Of a stretch of 64,000 bases of DNA, positions 25,594-37,891 are shown piece by piece; position 1 is the first letter of the stretch; each line of letters begins with the position of its first letter. This stretch comes from Lepidodermella squamata. Taxonomy: Eukaryota > Animalia > Gastrotricha. The notes below the pieces were generated by a model. That model had not been told where the DNA came from and did no database searches. It was given only the letters and a program-made list of their open reading frames with translations. The position numbers and the translations under genes are program-made. The DNA lies in contig JBLDXI010000014.1 in assembly GCA_047495785.1 (NCBI GenBank), forward strand, positions 434,001 through 498,000, given 5' to 3'.

Positions 25594-26317
25594 GTCTTGG
25601 ACGATTTATTGATGTGTCGATCTGCAAAAATCCTTGAATGCCCAAATGCATCAACTTCGAGCGACAGCGTTCTTCCAGCTACGAAGAGCAGGTAGCTAAA
25701 GACGCTAAAAAATTTCAAAAACTCAAAAATTGTTGAGCTAATTATTTTAATTTTCAAAGAATAAAAGTTGAATCTTCATAATTATATGTGAAGTTGTAAA
25801 ATTTATCAATAATGTCACGTGACTCCATTTTAAGTCTCGTACTTTTCTGTCGAAGCTGCCTGACTCAGCTGGGACCTGCGACCTGCGTCGACCGGCGATG
25901 GGCGATGACCTCTGACCCGAACAGATTGAGGATTTCGCTAAGCGCGAAATGGCTGCAAATCTTTAGCGCTAGACTAGCTTTAGCGCTGGTCAAAGGTCCA
26001 AATGCAGACTCCAGACTCAGGGTTATTTTTAAGTTTCGGGCGTGGCTACGAATAGGCTCCGAGAGATGATTCCCCTAGGCTCACGTAGACTCCTTAACAA
26101 ACTTACACTCCGATGCAGGTTCTATGTGCACACAGTGACTTCGACTTTCCCAGGTTAAGTACTGGTTTTGCCTGTGGTTGAGCCCAATATTTTCCGTCGA
26201 TGGCTCCGCGAAGATTATCTCCGTGCTGAATGCGAAGAAGGAGGCAAGTGTCATGCACATATTTATTCGTGTTACTTATTTAGTCGCAATTTAATTATAA
26301 AAAACTACGGAGCTAGA

Positions 26318-27371
26318 ATGCAATCTGCTACTTCTCCAGTGCAAGAGGATTTTTTGGCGATGCACAGAAAAGAACCGGATTCTTCTGTGGCAATAATTGC
26401 TATGAAAGTCCTGTATGAGTTGATCAAGAAGTCGACTGCTACGACTATTTTGGGGCTGACTTCATCTGTCAGAGAAGCCGTATCCGAAATGCAGAAATTG
26501 GCAGTATCTAGAACCTCTGTTCAGTCTGGCTGTGAGTTGTTTTACCGATTCATAACTTTCACAGCTTTGGATCAAGAGGTTCGAATTTTGATGATGCGAT
26601 GCGATTCTTACATTTATTCTGCCTTTGTAGAATTTTGACTTATGCAGGGCTGCGCTGCTCCAGCGGGGCTTGCTCTTTCTGGATCGCATATCTCATTGCC
26701 GTGACAGAATTGCTGAGTACTTCGTACCATTTTTGTCTCCTACTGCCCCCGTTATTTTAGTTCACTCGCGATCCAGAGTGTTACTACACTGCTTGAAGAG
26801 TGCATGGGAGCAGAAATGGTATTTGAAACAGTATTTTCATCGTTGATACATTATCTAGACATCAAACACTTTCTACAGTTTCTCCGTATTGGTTACTCAA
26901 AGCGCCCCCGATAACGAGGGTGAAGTTATGGTGAAAGAATTGAATGCGATTGGCATTCCTGCGTCTCTTGTCATTGATGCTGCAGTGGCTTATGTGATGA
27001 GCCGTGTTGACATGGTTCTTGTTGGCGCTGAGGGTGTCACACAGAGCGGAGGAATAGTCAACAAAATTGGAACTCTGACATTGGCAACATGCGCTAAAGC
27101 GGCGGGAAAGCCTGTTTATGTATTGGCCGAGAGCTTCAAGCTCGTCCGATTTTATCCGTTCTCTCAAAACGACTTGCCCACCGAGTTGCGCTCTTTTGAC
27201 ATTCATGCTCCAGTGAATTCAAATGAAAACAATGCCAAATCAGGACCGCATAACGTTCTTCAGCCGGTCGTCGATTACACTCCGCCAGAGTTGGTCAATC
27301 TTATTTTCACTGATCTTGGTATTCTGGGCCCTAGCTCTGTGTGCGAAATGTTGCTTAAACTCTATCTGTAA
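26318..27371 (+). CDS. EIF2B1: Translation initiation factor eIF2B alpha subunit
   Basis: 'SVQSGCELFYRFIT', 'HSRSRV', 'VLVGAEGVTQSGGIVNKIGT', 'AESFKLVRFYP', 'VDYTPP..LIFTDLGIL'. Two short introns. Confidence 0.93.
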
Positions 27372-27455
27372 CTGAAAATGATCTTGCGATCGATGATAAG
27401 TTAACTCGGGCGTTACATTTTGCATTATATCTCGTTCTAGAAATTTAAATTATCT

Positions 27456-27926
27456 ATGACTTCAGGTGGTAACGGTATTTCTGACTTCGTTCGGCGAGCC
27501 GTTCGTGGTGCCGCTGATAATGTTGATCGCCTCGATACCTTGCCCGAGGAAATTTTGCCGCCCCAGCTTGCTAGCGCACTCGGCGTCGCGCCCGACGTCA
27601 CTATGAGACCCGAAGCTTCTTATGTGGCTCAAACTATATCTGGAACTCTGGGAGGCGCCTTACTCGGCTACTTCTTTGGCAAAGTTTCGAAAGCAGCGGC
27701 TCTCGCAACCGGTGGTGGAATATTATTGCTTCAATCTGGAGTTCATTACGGCTATCTAAGCCTGGGGACTAGTCGCGATCTTCCGCGGTTACAGGGCCAA
27801 GAATCTGCTCAAGTTCGGGCGAACATTCGAACCCTTCGAAATAGAATCGAGCCATACGTCCAAAACAACCCCGCGTTTCTCAGCTCATTTGCGGCAGGCT
27901 TATGTCTCGGCTATGGTCTGAGCTGA
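27456..27926 (+). CDS. FUNDC1: FUN14 domain-containing mitochondrial outer-membrane protein (FUNDC1/2-like)
   Basis: 'QTISGTLGGALLGYFFGKVSKAAALATGGGILLLQ..HYGY' and C-terminal 'SSFAAGLCLG'. Single exon. Confidence 0.8.
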   Translation: MTSGGNGISDFVRRAVRGAADNVDRLDTLPEEILPPQLASALGVAPDVTMRPEASYVAQTISGTLGGALLGYFFGKVSKAAALATGGGILLLQSGVHYGYLSLGTSRDLPRLQGQESAQVRANIRTLRNRIEPYVQNNPAFLSSFAAGLCLGYGLS

Positions 27927-28288
27927 TTTCAACGTTCGATAACTTGTCTAACGTTTATTTTTGCCCTTGTCATATGGTCTGTCTCACTGGCTGTCGTGCC
28001 AATTTGTTTTACGCGTATAAATCACCGTACAGACTTCCTGGTTGCCGATGTGGAGATTGCATATACATATATATATATATACATATCAAACCCAGGGCCA
28101 CGGTATTCTTGTTTCAGCTTCAGGTCTCTACTGAATAACGATTCTGATGGTTACTAAAATGCGAGTGGCTATAATGCAATACATCTGCTGACGTGCTTTT
28201 ATCTGACACCACAGTCTTATTTTTCAAATAAAATGTTTCTGTTTCTATCGCATGGTTTTTTGTGGTTGAATAGGTTTCGGTAAATTAT

Positions 28289-30458
28289 ATGTCTAATCGC
28301 CGCGTCGCCTCAAGCTCGTCATCGAACGAGGCATCAAATGACGCTCCAGCGGGCGGATCCAACAAGCGTGGGAAAGTTGAGTTTAAAGTCAGCTCATCTG
28401 TTCGGGTTGGGACGGCCGCCCCGGTTTTTCAGGCGTCAAAAGGCGCCAAAGCGACTACAGCTCAAGCTGATAGCATTTGGACTGTGGTCGATGAGAAAGA
28501 GGGTAGCAGTGGCGATGATGCGCCTGTGTTTTCAGTAACAGACTCAACGGTATATTACTGATTTATAAGCTGTTTCAATTAAGCTGTGTTTGATTGATTA
28601 AAGATGCCCGATGATGTAAATCCTCACAATTTGCGAAGTCATACATCACATCAACTCGATGAAGGCAAGAAATCATCGTCAGATTCGAAAAAGCGGCGAT
28701 CGAAGGAAAAAGAGGAGAAGTAAGCCCTAGCCAGTTTTGTCAATATCTTCCTAATGTTATTAAACCAGGAGCCACAAGGATAAATCAGAGACATCTAAAT
28801 CAAAATCTCACGCAAAGGTCGCGGATCCGAAGGATTCCAGCCGGCCACCGTCTGGTACCGGTCGTTCCAGTCAGTTGGAAAACAAAAGTGCAACTAATTC
28901 GCCTGTCGAGGAGCCAACAAAGAGTAAGAGCAGCAAAAACGAAGCGAAAAAATCGCAGAAGAAAGCGACTTCGCGATCGAGATCCAGATCAAACTCGCCT
29001 CGTCGTGACGGCAAAAAGAAGCGGAAGAGTTCAGTTGAACCGCCGAAGGATAGCACAAGAAAAAGGTCACGTGAACGAGATCGAGAAAGAAGCCGCTCTC
29101 CGCCTGAGGTTACCAAAAAGTCGAAATCTGGTAATGAAAAGCCGCCGAGAAGAAGTCGAAGCCGCAGTCGAGATGCTTCGGTGACTCCTGTTGAAGGCGA
29201 ATCTCGGCGCCGAGCTCGATCTCGCAGTAAGGACAGGGATCAGGCGATTCCTGCGAAAAGCTCACGCCGGTCGAATTCGAGAGAGCGGCGAGCAACTAAT
29301 GCTCAAAATGATGATGCGAGGGGTAAAAAGGATGAAGTCTCGGCGAAAACTAAAGAAACAGCTAGCGACAGCCGCCGCCCTCGTGATCGTAGTCGCGACG
29401 CGGAGAGAGACCGTCGCGAGAAGGGCCGGGAGAAAGGTGCTCGGGAAAGGTCTCGAAGCCGCGAAGCCCGGCGATCGAGTCGTTATCCAAGTGAATCTGG
29501 CGGGAGGGGGCATCGCAATGAATCTCCGCAGCGGTATCGCCGCGACTCGGTTTCGCCGAATAGGAACGAGCCGGAAGGCAGTTCAAAGCGAAAGTCAAGG
29601 CGAGAGTCGACCAGTGAAGCTACGAAGCGATCGGATAAAAAGAAAGATAAAGGCTCGATATCGCCTTCGACCGCTGCTCGGCGACTGAAAGACGCATCCG
29701 ATGATGAGCTAGAGTCGAAACTGGCGAAAATGGAGAAGCGGGGAGCATTGCTTGTTACGTCAGCGAGTGATCCGGCCCAGGAGGGTGGCTCCAATGTCGA
29801 CTGGACTGCATTTTCCCAGGAATTGGCGGCGATTCAATCTCACTCAAAGGTAATCAATTTAGTTTATGATTTATAATAGAACTTGAAGCGATATTTTCCA
29901 TTTTGAGCCATTGAAATTTGGTCATACCGGGCAAATACCGAAAATTACTAAACCAGTTACCATCGGCTTTTTTCGGAAAAAATGGTTTCGCAACTTATGG
30001 GACATAAATTCCCAGTTTTCATTAAAATTTTTTGAAAATTCATGAGATCTATATTTTACTTTTAGCCCCAAAACAACGGCAACAACCACAACAACCACGC
30101 TCTTTCTGGAGTTGAACTGATCAGCTCAATTGGCGTTGCGACGACCCTGATGTCCAAGCAATACGTCGAGAAGCTGTTCGAGGCGATTCGTGAAGTTTCG
30201 GGCTTTCAACAGCTATCCCCAGTTGCTGCCTTTCATTCGATGGAATTTGCGAAGCGCAAGGTGCACGCAGAAACTGGCATCGTGTTCCGAAACCGCCGCA
30301 ATTCGATTCCGTTACCAGCTGTTATCAACGAGCAGATCATCAGTGCCTCGTCAGTGCCTTTGGATGCATCGACGGCGCCTCAACGGACAGAGGTCGCCCA
30401 GGCTTTGCGAAAGCTCACGAATGAATGGACTTCCAAGTTGACTAAAATTGCTTTGTGA
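28289..30458 (+). CDS. RS/RE-rich nuclear protein with a C-terminal domain resembling ZC3H13/Flacc
   Basis: Spliced ORFs 28289-, 28875-29849 and 30066-30458. Long RS/RD repeats. 'VDWTAF...ELISSIGVATTLMSKQYVEKL..SPVAAFH' loosely parallels ZC3H13 'IDWSGL...VMLRVGISKKLAGSELFAKV..ELGALN' (recalled, unverified). Confidence 0.5.
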
Positions 30459-30677
30459 TTCTCCAATAAACGCTGCGTTGATTTATATTGTATTTTGTGT
30501 TTCTTAATTAATTGAACATCCGAAGCGAAACCGAAGGATTAAGTAAAACCAAGAGAAAATGTTCAAGTATGTTGTTTTTATTGAAAATGTTTTCCAGCAA
30601 TTGTATTACAAAACCAAGTTTTTTCAACAAAGGAGGTGAAAATGGGTAAAACTAAAACTAGAGACAGTTCAGTGAAT

Positions 30678-32109
30678 TCACCGGCGACGTCTACCGTAAG
30701 CACCTTGGCCGCCCATACCTGCTTCAAAACATGACATTATTGAAAGCCAAAAAACTAGACGATAATTTTACCTTGGTAACCGCCCTGGCTGCCTTGCCCA
30801 CCGTAACCAGGCTGGCCGCCCTGAGCACCGAAATTGTTACCACCGAAACCGGGCTGCGCACCATAGCCGGGTTGTGCGCCGAAACTGGGATTGCCCTGCG
30901 CGCCGTAACCAGGCTGGGCTCCCTGGGCGCCATAGCCAGGCTGAACCCCCTGGGCACCATAACCAGGCTGGACTCCTTGGGCGCCATAACCTGGCTGGGC
31001 CCCATAGTTGCCACTGCCTTGACCTTGGTATCCTTGGCCAGCGTAACCAGGCTGAACTCCAGGGCCGTAACCGGGTTGGGCACCGTAATTGCCACTGCCT
31101 TGACCTTGGTATCCTTGCCCAGGGTAACCGGGCTGAACTCCAGTGCCATAGCCGGGTTGGGCACCGAATGTGTTGCCTGGGCCACCAAAAGGGTTGCCGT
31201 AGTTGGGCTGTCCGGGTACATTTCCACCGACGCCAGCGTTGTAGCCACCAGCGGCAGGAGCAACGCAAGCTTTATTGCCGTACGCTAAAATAGGAGCGAG
31301 CATCATAATTCTTAAAAAAAAGTTCAGCAAAAATATAATTAAACTAACCAGTTGGGCAGCAGATTTTTCCGTAATAGCATTGCGCATTTGTGTAACAAGG
31401 AGTAGCTTGCTGACCATAGCCAGGCATTGTACCCGCACCAGGCATACCAGGCACTGCAGAGCCCGGCATGTTGCCACCCGCATTAGGCATGCCTAGTGAT
31501 TGGCCAGGTTGGTCTTCATCGGGTAGAATGTCGACTAGCTCTTTGATGTTTTGAGGCACGCGATCGTCAGCGAGCGATGGAGAGTCATCCTCGGCAATGT
31601 CGCGGCGTTTACGACCGTTGAAGCCACCATAACCAGTGCCTTTTATTAAGAAAAAATGATTGAAAGGTGGACAAATTAAAGCAATACTTACCTTGACCCC
31701 ACATGTTATTATTTCCACCCATCGGAGGCATCTGCTGCCCGAAGGATTGAGCCGGTGGGCAGTTGCCCTGCTGCTGCATGGTGTTCTGGCCGTAAGTACC
31801 CATGCCCATATTATTGACTCCCATGCCAGGCATACCGCCGTTCATCCCAGCCATGCCGCCAGCTCCCCCGACGCCCCCCATGTTATTGCCAGGCATTCCA
31901 TTCATTCCAGCCCAACCCATATTGCCAGCGCCCATGTTGCCACCTGACATGCCTCCGTTCATACCTCCCATGCCTCCCATGCCTTGCATGCCTTGCATGC
32001 CGCCTCCCATGCCTCCCATACCTCCCATACCCCCTGCCATACCTCCAGATTGGGAAGCTGACAAATGGGCCGTTGCCAGAAGGAAGATAGCAATTTTCAA
32101 CGCTGCCAT
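30678..32109 (-). CDS. Secreted split-WAP protein 1 with Gly-Met N-domain and (GAQPGYG)-type C-domain
   Basis: Signal MAALKIAIFLLATAHLSAS; GGM repeats; NCPP; RKRR; 'CYTNAQCYYGKICCPTAYGNKACVAP'; QPGYG repeats; last exon ends GAYGRRRR-stop. Confidence 0.75.
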
Positions 32110-32395
32110 TATTGAGGGCTCGATCAAAACTTGTAGGTATTAAAACATGTGAGTACAAGTAAAATGTTTCAACAAAATTTTCTGATTTCAAAACTGGCAG
32201 CCGTCTAGCTTGAGTATTCAAACACGCGCGAAAACAACAGAATGTCAATTTTGAAGTAAGCATCGCTATGTAACATGGCACCAGGATGGCAGGCACAGAT
32301 GGAGGGTCAATGACATGTGAACAGGATTTGTTTCTGGACCTCTCGGCTCTGGATCAGCTGAAATAACAATTATTTTCATTATTGTGAAGAAACAA

Positions 32396-33138
32396 ATGAA
32401 GCTATTAGTCGCATTATTATTTGTCTTAGTTGTCGGCATAGCTGCCTGGGATGAAAATATCGAAGATGACGATGGCGGGTTCGATCGAGCCGCTGCAAAA
32501 GCAACTCTATTATGCCCAACCATAGCCACACCTGATTTGACCCGAAAGCGAAGATGGGGTATTTATCATCGTTAACTTGAAACATATTTTCTATGTTCAA
32601 CCTGTTTTTTTCTCGTTAAAAGATGAGTATACCGCAGCGGATACCGGCGCCGAGTCTGACCTGGACCCCACCTCAGTTATTTCACCGTCGGAATTCATCA
32701 ATGACGATTTCGACCGAAAAATTAATTTCGAAGTTGATATCGGCGACGACAGTTCCGAAGACGAAGACGAAGACAGAAAGCCTGTGTCCGAAGAGCAGGT
32801 TCCTTACAAAATTTTGCCAAAGGTTCGAACAATAAATAGAATTTTACCATAATTGGTGTATTGTATTCTTCTAGGATAAATATACAAGCTCTGTGGCACC
32901 AGCAAAGGGGAAACCTGACTCATGGCCTGGTACTCGACAATGTTTAGGGGACTTGAAACTTTGTTCCGAGGACACGGAGTGCCGTGGGCAAAAATGCTGC
33001 AAGGTTCCAGGTAAAAAATTTATTCCATAACTTGTTTCATTTTTTTATGTTTCATCATGTCATTCCATAGGTACGACGGTGTCCGTGTGCATGCAACCAC
33101 TGGTTTGGTTTACAGATATCAAAAAGAAGAGGCATTAA
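32396..33138 (+). CDS. Secreted split-WAP protein 2 (acidic linker)
   Basis: Signal MKLLVALLFVLVVGIAA; LCPT; RKRR; Asp/Glu-rich linker; 'CLGDLKLCSEDTECRGQKCCKVPGTTVSVCMQP'. Four exons. Confidence 0.75.
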
Positions 33139-33680
33139 CACTGAATTAGAAATTTTTGTTCTGCGCTTTTGAGATTGTTCCACCTTTTGAGCTTTTGAGA
33201 TCAACTTTTTGATTCGATTTGATAAAACTTTGATAAAATAATTCGTTTGGTGACTAATAAATTTCTGAATCAGCTTATTCTGGATTTTGAATTTCAACTG
33301 GTATTAGAGTATAAAGAAGTGAGGAAATAATCTTGAAGATGAGAGCAAGATAAAAGTGCGGTTGAAGTCCCCAAACGTTAATTATTGGAACTTCAACCAC
33401 GGTGACGCGCGAAATGATGCGAAATACGACACTACCGCGTGTGTACGTGTGTAAAAACGAGAGCTCAGTTTTCCACCAATTTTTATTCTTTGTAGCAACA
33501 AAATTGGGACAATATAGTTATTTACCAACTCGCAGTTTGAAATTTCAGTTTGCATTTTGCAGTCGGCAGATACTGTGGTGAAAAAATTACGCGTTTAAAA
33601 TACGACTTGAATTGAAGTAACTATCGGGTAAGATAGATGACGAGAGTAAAACAATGAGGTAAAAACACATTTTTCAAAGT

Positions 33681-34238
33681 TTATGATGCTCTTGCTCGAC
33701 TTTTGGAATAATTCACTGTTGATCGTGGCCAAAATCCGCAGACTTTTGTTTTAGTCAAAAGTCTGAAGCCATTCGCAACGCAGCCATACAAACCGAATGT
33801 GCCGAGCCTGGTGGATAAATCAGTAAAACTTGAGACCTAAACAACCGAGTAAAATACTATACCTGGTACATTACAGCACTTGAAATGTTCGGCGCACTGC
33901 AAATCACTTTGGCAGATCGCGAGTGGGCTTTTCGAGCACATACTGGTTTTCTTCGCCCGATCTTCAGAAGCCACGTCGTTTTCCGCAACCTCTCCAGAAT
34001 AGTCAGGGTCTGTGGTGGTGGTGGTGAAGGTAGTTTTTCTGTCCAAAGAAAATCTATGCGCAGATTTGCCCGAGGCGACGTTACCAGAATTTCCGAAAAT
34101 AGGGCATAGTTTTTCAGCTAAGGAAAAATCTAAAGTTGAAAACGTTGAGAACACTGGTGGTTGGAACTTACTGGATACAGCGTCGAAAATACAGACCAGT
34201 GCCCATAAAAAGTACAGTAGCCCAATTTGAACTTTCAT
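33681..34238 (-). CDS. Secreted split-WAP protein 3
   Basis: Signal MKVQIGLLYFLWALVCIFDAVS; LCPI; linker; 'CSKSPLAICQSDLQCAEHFKCCNVPG|SAHSVCMAV'. Confidence 0.7.
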
Positions 34239-34525
34239 TTTTGACTACCAAGATGTGCCAAGTTTGCGTTGATCGAGTTGAGTAAGTTAACGTGGATTAA
34301 AATTCCAATGCAAGCAAAAAATATCAGCGTGTGGCGCGTGGCCTATTACAAAGCACGAGTCTTCCTTCGCGCCAAAAAAAACAAAGATAACAGTTGTTGA
34401 CTCCTGTTTTATTTATTTTTAATAGCTTTAAAAACAAGAAAGTGTCATCGAACAAGGATCTCCGATAAACTCGTTATAGCAAGAGAAAGATATATCAATA
34501 ACAATGAGTCCAATATGCAGATCGA

Positions 34526-35846
34526 TCAACGACGGCCCATACCGCCAAAGCCGCCCATTCCGCCAGGCATTCCACCCATGCCACCGCCCATGCCACCGCC
34601 CATGCCTCCCATCATACCAGGGGCACCCATACCACCCATGCCGCCCATGCCGCCCATTCCCGGAGCACCCATGCCACCCATTCCTCCCATACCTGGGGCA
34701 CCCATACCGCCCATGCCTCCCATACCAGGGGCGCCCATGCCACCCATTCCACCCATTCCGGGAGCACCCATGCCGTAGCCGCCGGCTCCACCAAAGTTCT
34801 GACCGGCGCCTCCCATTCCAGAGCCATATGCGACGGGCCTCATGCCTAAAGAAGCATTTAAAAGGTAAGATATTACGTTAGTTTGAAGCGAAAAAACTCA
34901 CAAACGAAAGCTCTGGTACCGGGAACCTCGCAGCACTTCATTCCACCAGCGCACTGAGCGTCACTAGCACAAGTTTGAATTCCCATATTGTCTCCGCCAT
35001 AACCGTTGGAGGAGCCATCATACGATGTACCGTACGCGCCGCCCAAACGGCCGTTGCCGTTGCCGTTGGCTGCATTCCCAACGCCTGCTCCTTGAGGGTT
35101 CGCATTCGCACCATCATTAGGCATAGCGTCTCCGGGCTTAATTAAAATAAAATAAACAAATAGGCGTCTCCATTTCACAGCTTACCTGGGCAAAATCAGA
35201 TCCAAGAGACACAACAAGATCGCTCGCGTCAGCGGCGCGCCGGGCTCGAACATTCAAGACGCCTGTCGTTTCGCGTTTTCGTCGACCATACCCGCCGGCT
35301 GAAACAGATAAGTAGCCAGTTATGAAAATGAATGGGGTTTCAACATACCAAAAGAGCCCGATCCAGTTGGACACATGCCGCCTGAAATGTAAAATCGTTT
35401 ATGAGAACAACGGAAGTTGAGGAATGAACGTACCGGACATCATGCCACCTTGCTGTCCGTACCCTACGCAGAATACAGTACTTTTAACAGAGTAAAATTA
35501 ATGTCGGTAACTTACCAGGTGCACCCATGCCGCCCATGCCGCCCATGCCACCATTACCCATTCCACCCATAACGGGAGCTCCCATGCCTCCGAAACCTCC
35601 CATGCCAGGGGCGCCCATGCCACCCATGCCGCCCATTCCGGGTGCACCCATGCCGCCCATGCCGCCCATTCCAGGAGCTCCCATGCCGCCCATGCCACCG
35701 CCCATTCCAGGAGCTCCCATGCCGCCCATGCCACCGCCCATGCCACCCATGCCACCCATTCCGCCCATGCCGCCCATGCCACCCATTTGAGCAGCGGCGA
35801 GCTGGAAAATCGGTAAGCCGAGAATGAAAACGACAGATATAAACAT
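34526..35846 (-). CDS. Secreted split-WAP protein 4 flanked by (GMGGMGAP)n repeats
   Basis: Signal MFISVVFILGLPIFQLAAA; GMG/GAP repeats; MCPT; RRKR and RARR; 'CASDAQCAGGMKCCEVPGTRAFVCMRP' (final Cys codon spans an intron); ends GGMGRR-stop. Confidence 0.75.
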
Positions 35847-37891
35847 TTTTCAAGTGTGTTTTAATTATGTGTTTTAACGATCCGAAAAATGGAAGTTTCA
35901 CTCAGCTTTTCAATGACTTAAGGCCGTTGAGCCAACCAATCAGCGCGCACACAGCTGTCAGAATTTAAAGGATGACTCCAGTTACGATTATGAGACGAAT
36001 CATGTGTTGTCCAGCAGCCGTCTCCTTGCGGAAAATTTGCAGTAAAATTGTTGTAAATAGGTAGCAGGATGAGCAAAGTTAATAAACAAATGGCCATCAA
36101 CTGAATTGGTACCGAAATCAGTTATAGCTCTAATTGTTCCATCAAGTCTCCAAGTCTCCTCTGTCAACGAAAACTGAGTACTTGCGCAACTACTGGCTAT
36201 GCGTCAGCTGTTTTCTTTCAAATGGCTGTCAAGAAAAATATCGCTCATCGCTTATGGGTCTCAAATATCTTTACCTTGAAGGATGTGTCCCAGATTAGGG
36301 ACGACATTGTTTCCTGCAGCTGCGGTCAAGTTTTTCCAAAGTTTTTCATTCCCAGTAGGTAGTGAGTGGGAAAATTATTTGGCTCGGTACGGGAATTGCC
36401 CTTTATAGCCCTCGCGGTCTACCGACCTTATCTTCCCGACGGTTGCGCAAACCGGCTACTTTTGTTTACCGACTATTTCACTCCGTCAATTCATTATCGC
36501 AAATTATTTATTCTTCAACATTTTCCAACCGACGCTTGCGCATTAACATTTCAATTAACAATATATTTTTTATTTGCGACATTTTCGCACCGACAAAATT
36601 TACCCGGCATTATAGCTCCGTCAGTCTTTTATCGACAATAGATTCCCGACGGTTGGCAAGTAAATATTCAATCAGCATTTCAACCCCGTGGTAAACCCCG
36701 TGGCAAATGAAAGCTAGTGAGTTGAGCAAAAGGGTCTTCATCAGACCGTTCGGTCCTATTATTGTTTTTGCCCTCTGCCTCGGCGACCTTTCGTGGCGCC
36801 TGCGTGACTGTTACTGGCAACAAGTAATGGATCAAAGTTCTCGTCATGGGTCATCAGATGACGATTGGTCGAGTCAATTGGTCGCCTCAAATTGTGCAAT
36901 ATGTAAGCTGGAGTCTCGGAAAGCGTTGAAAATAGAAAAGTTACCTCGGAAACCTTAGGTCTAAAATCACGAAATTTAGACAGTTTGGTCACTTATAGAT
37001 CAAATAAGTTGGGCCCTGGGTCGCTTTTTTCGACATTAAGTTCGCTCATCCTTATCCTTATACAAGTAATAATAATGATTCCGGTAGATGAATTGGGTGG
37101 TTTTTTTGAGCATTAATTCAGATACATTTTGAAAATCGGTGTATTAGGATACTCCCAAGGCCCCAAGGCCCTAATTGAGGGGAATTCACCAGCTAAAAGC
37201 CGATTGGGGTGATTTTTTCTGGTGTAGGCAGAATGTGGCCACAAGGCGTTGCGAAGTAGGGAGTCACTTCTTTGCATGTGAAGCAATCACCGGCGCGGGC
37301 TAGTGCCCAAGACCCAAAAGTTCTAGCTCGATGGCAACAACGTCGCGGCAATAATTGCGCAACTGTTTGACGACATGGAAATTATGAAATGGACATGGAA
37401 ATTATGAAAAATAATGTTTAATTAATAATTATTTTTATCTAATGAACAACTGTCGGAGGAGAAATGCCGTATTGCACAAAATATAAAATTACGAAAATCG
37501 ACGTTAAACAAAAGTCGGGGTGCAAATTTCAAATGAAAAATTAGGATAAATATATTTTCTAAAATTTATATCTGTGCGGAAACGTCGAATGCGCAAAAGT
37601 AGCCGGTTTCAAAAAACGTCGGGAAGATATTGACGCTACACGGCCCTCGCATATCTCATGGTGACCTTTTTTCACCGCGTCGAACAACAAAAATCAAAAA
37701 TGATTCCGTAGAAGTAGCACAGAACTGCCATCGAGTCTCGGGTCTACAATTTCGGACCTGAGATCCGACGAGGCGCATTTTCTCGACTTTTCTTCTGATA
37801 GAGACGGAAATTTGGCTGTCGTTTTGATAAAACTATTCACCTTATCACCGCGGAAATCGTTTTCTTCACATTGGTATTCAGTAGACAATTA

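Noticed and set aside
30755-31200. Regular repeats as a CRISPR array
   Set aside because: In-frame coding repeats without unique spacers, in a eukaryotic context with no cas genes.
34504-35827. Pro-Met-rich ORFs on + (PPMPPIPGAP; also 31802-32143)
   Set aside because: Antisense shadows of the Gly-Met repeats; the signal peptides and splice sites are on the minus strand.
30678-35846. Calling the four Cys-knot genes insulin-like peptides
   Set aside because: Cys spacing (C-x5-C-x4/5-CC-x8/9-C) fits WAP, not insulin A/B chains; only the processing logic is similar.
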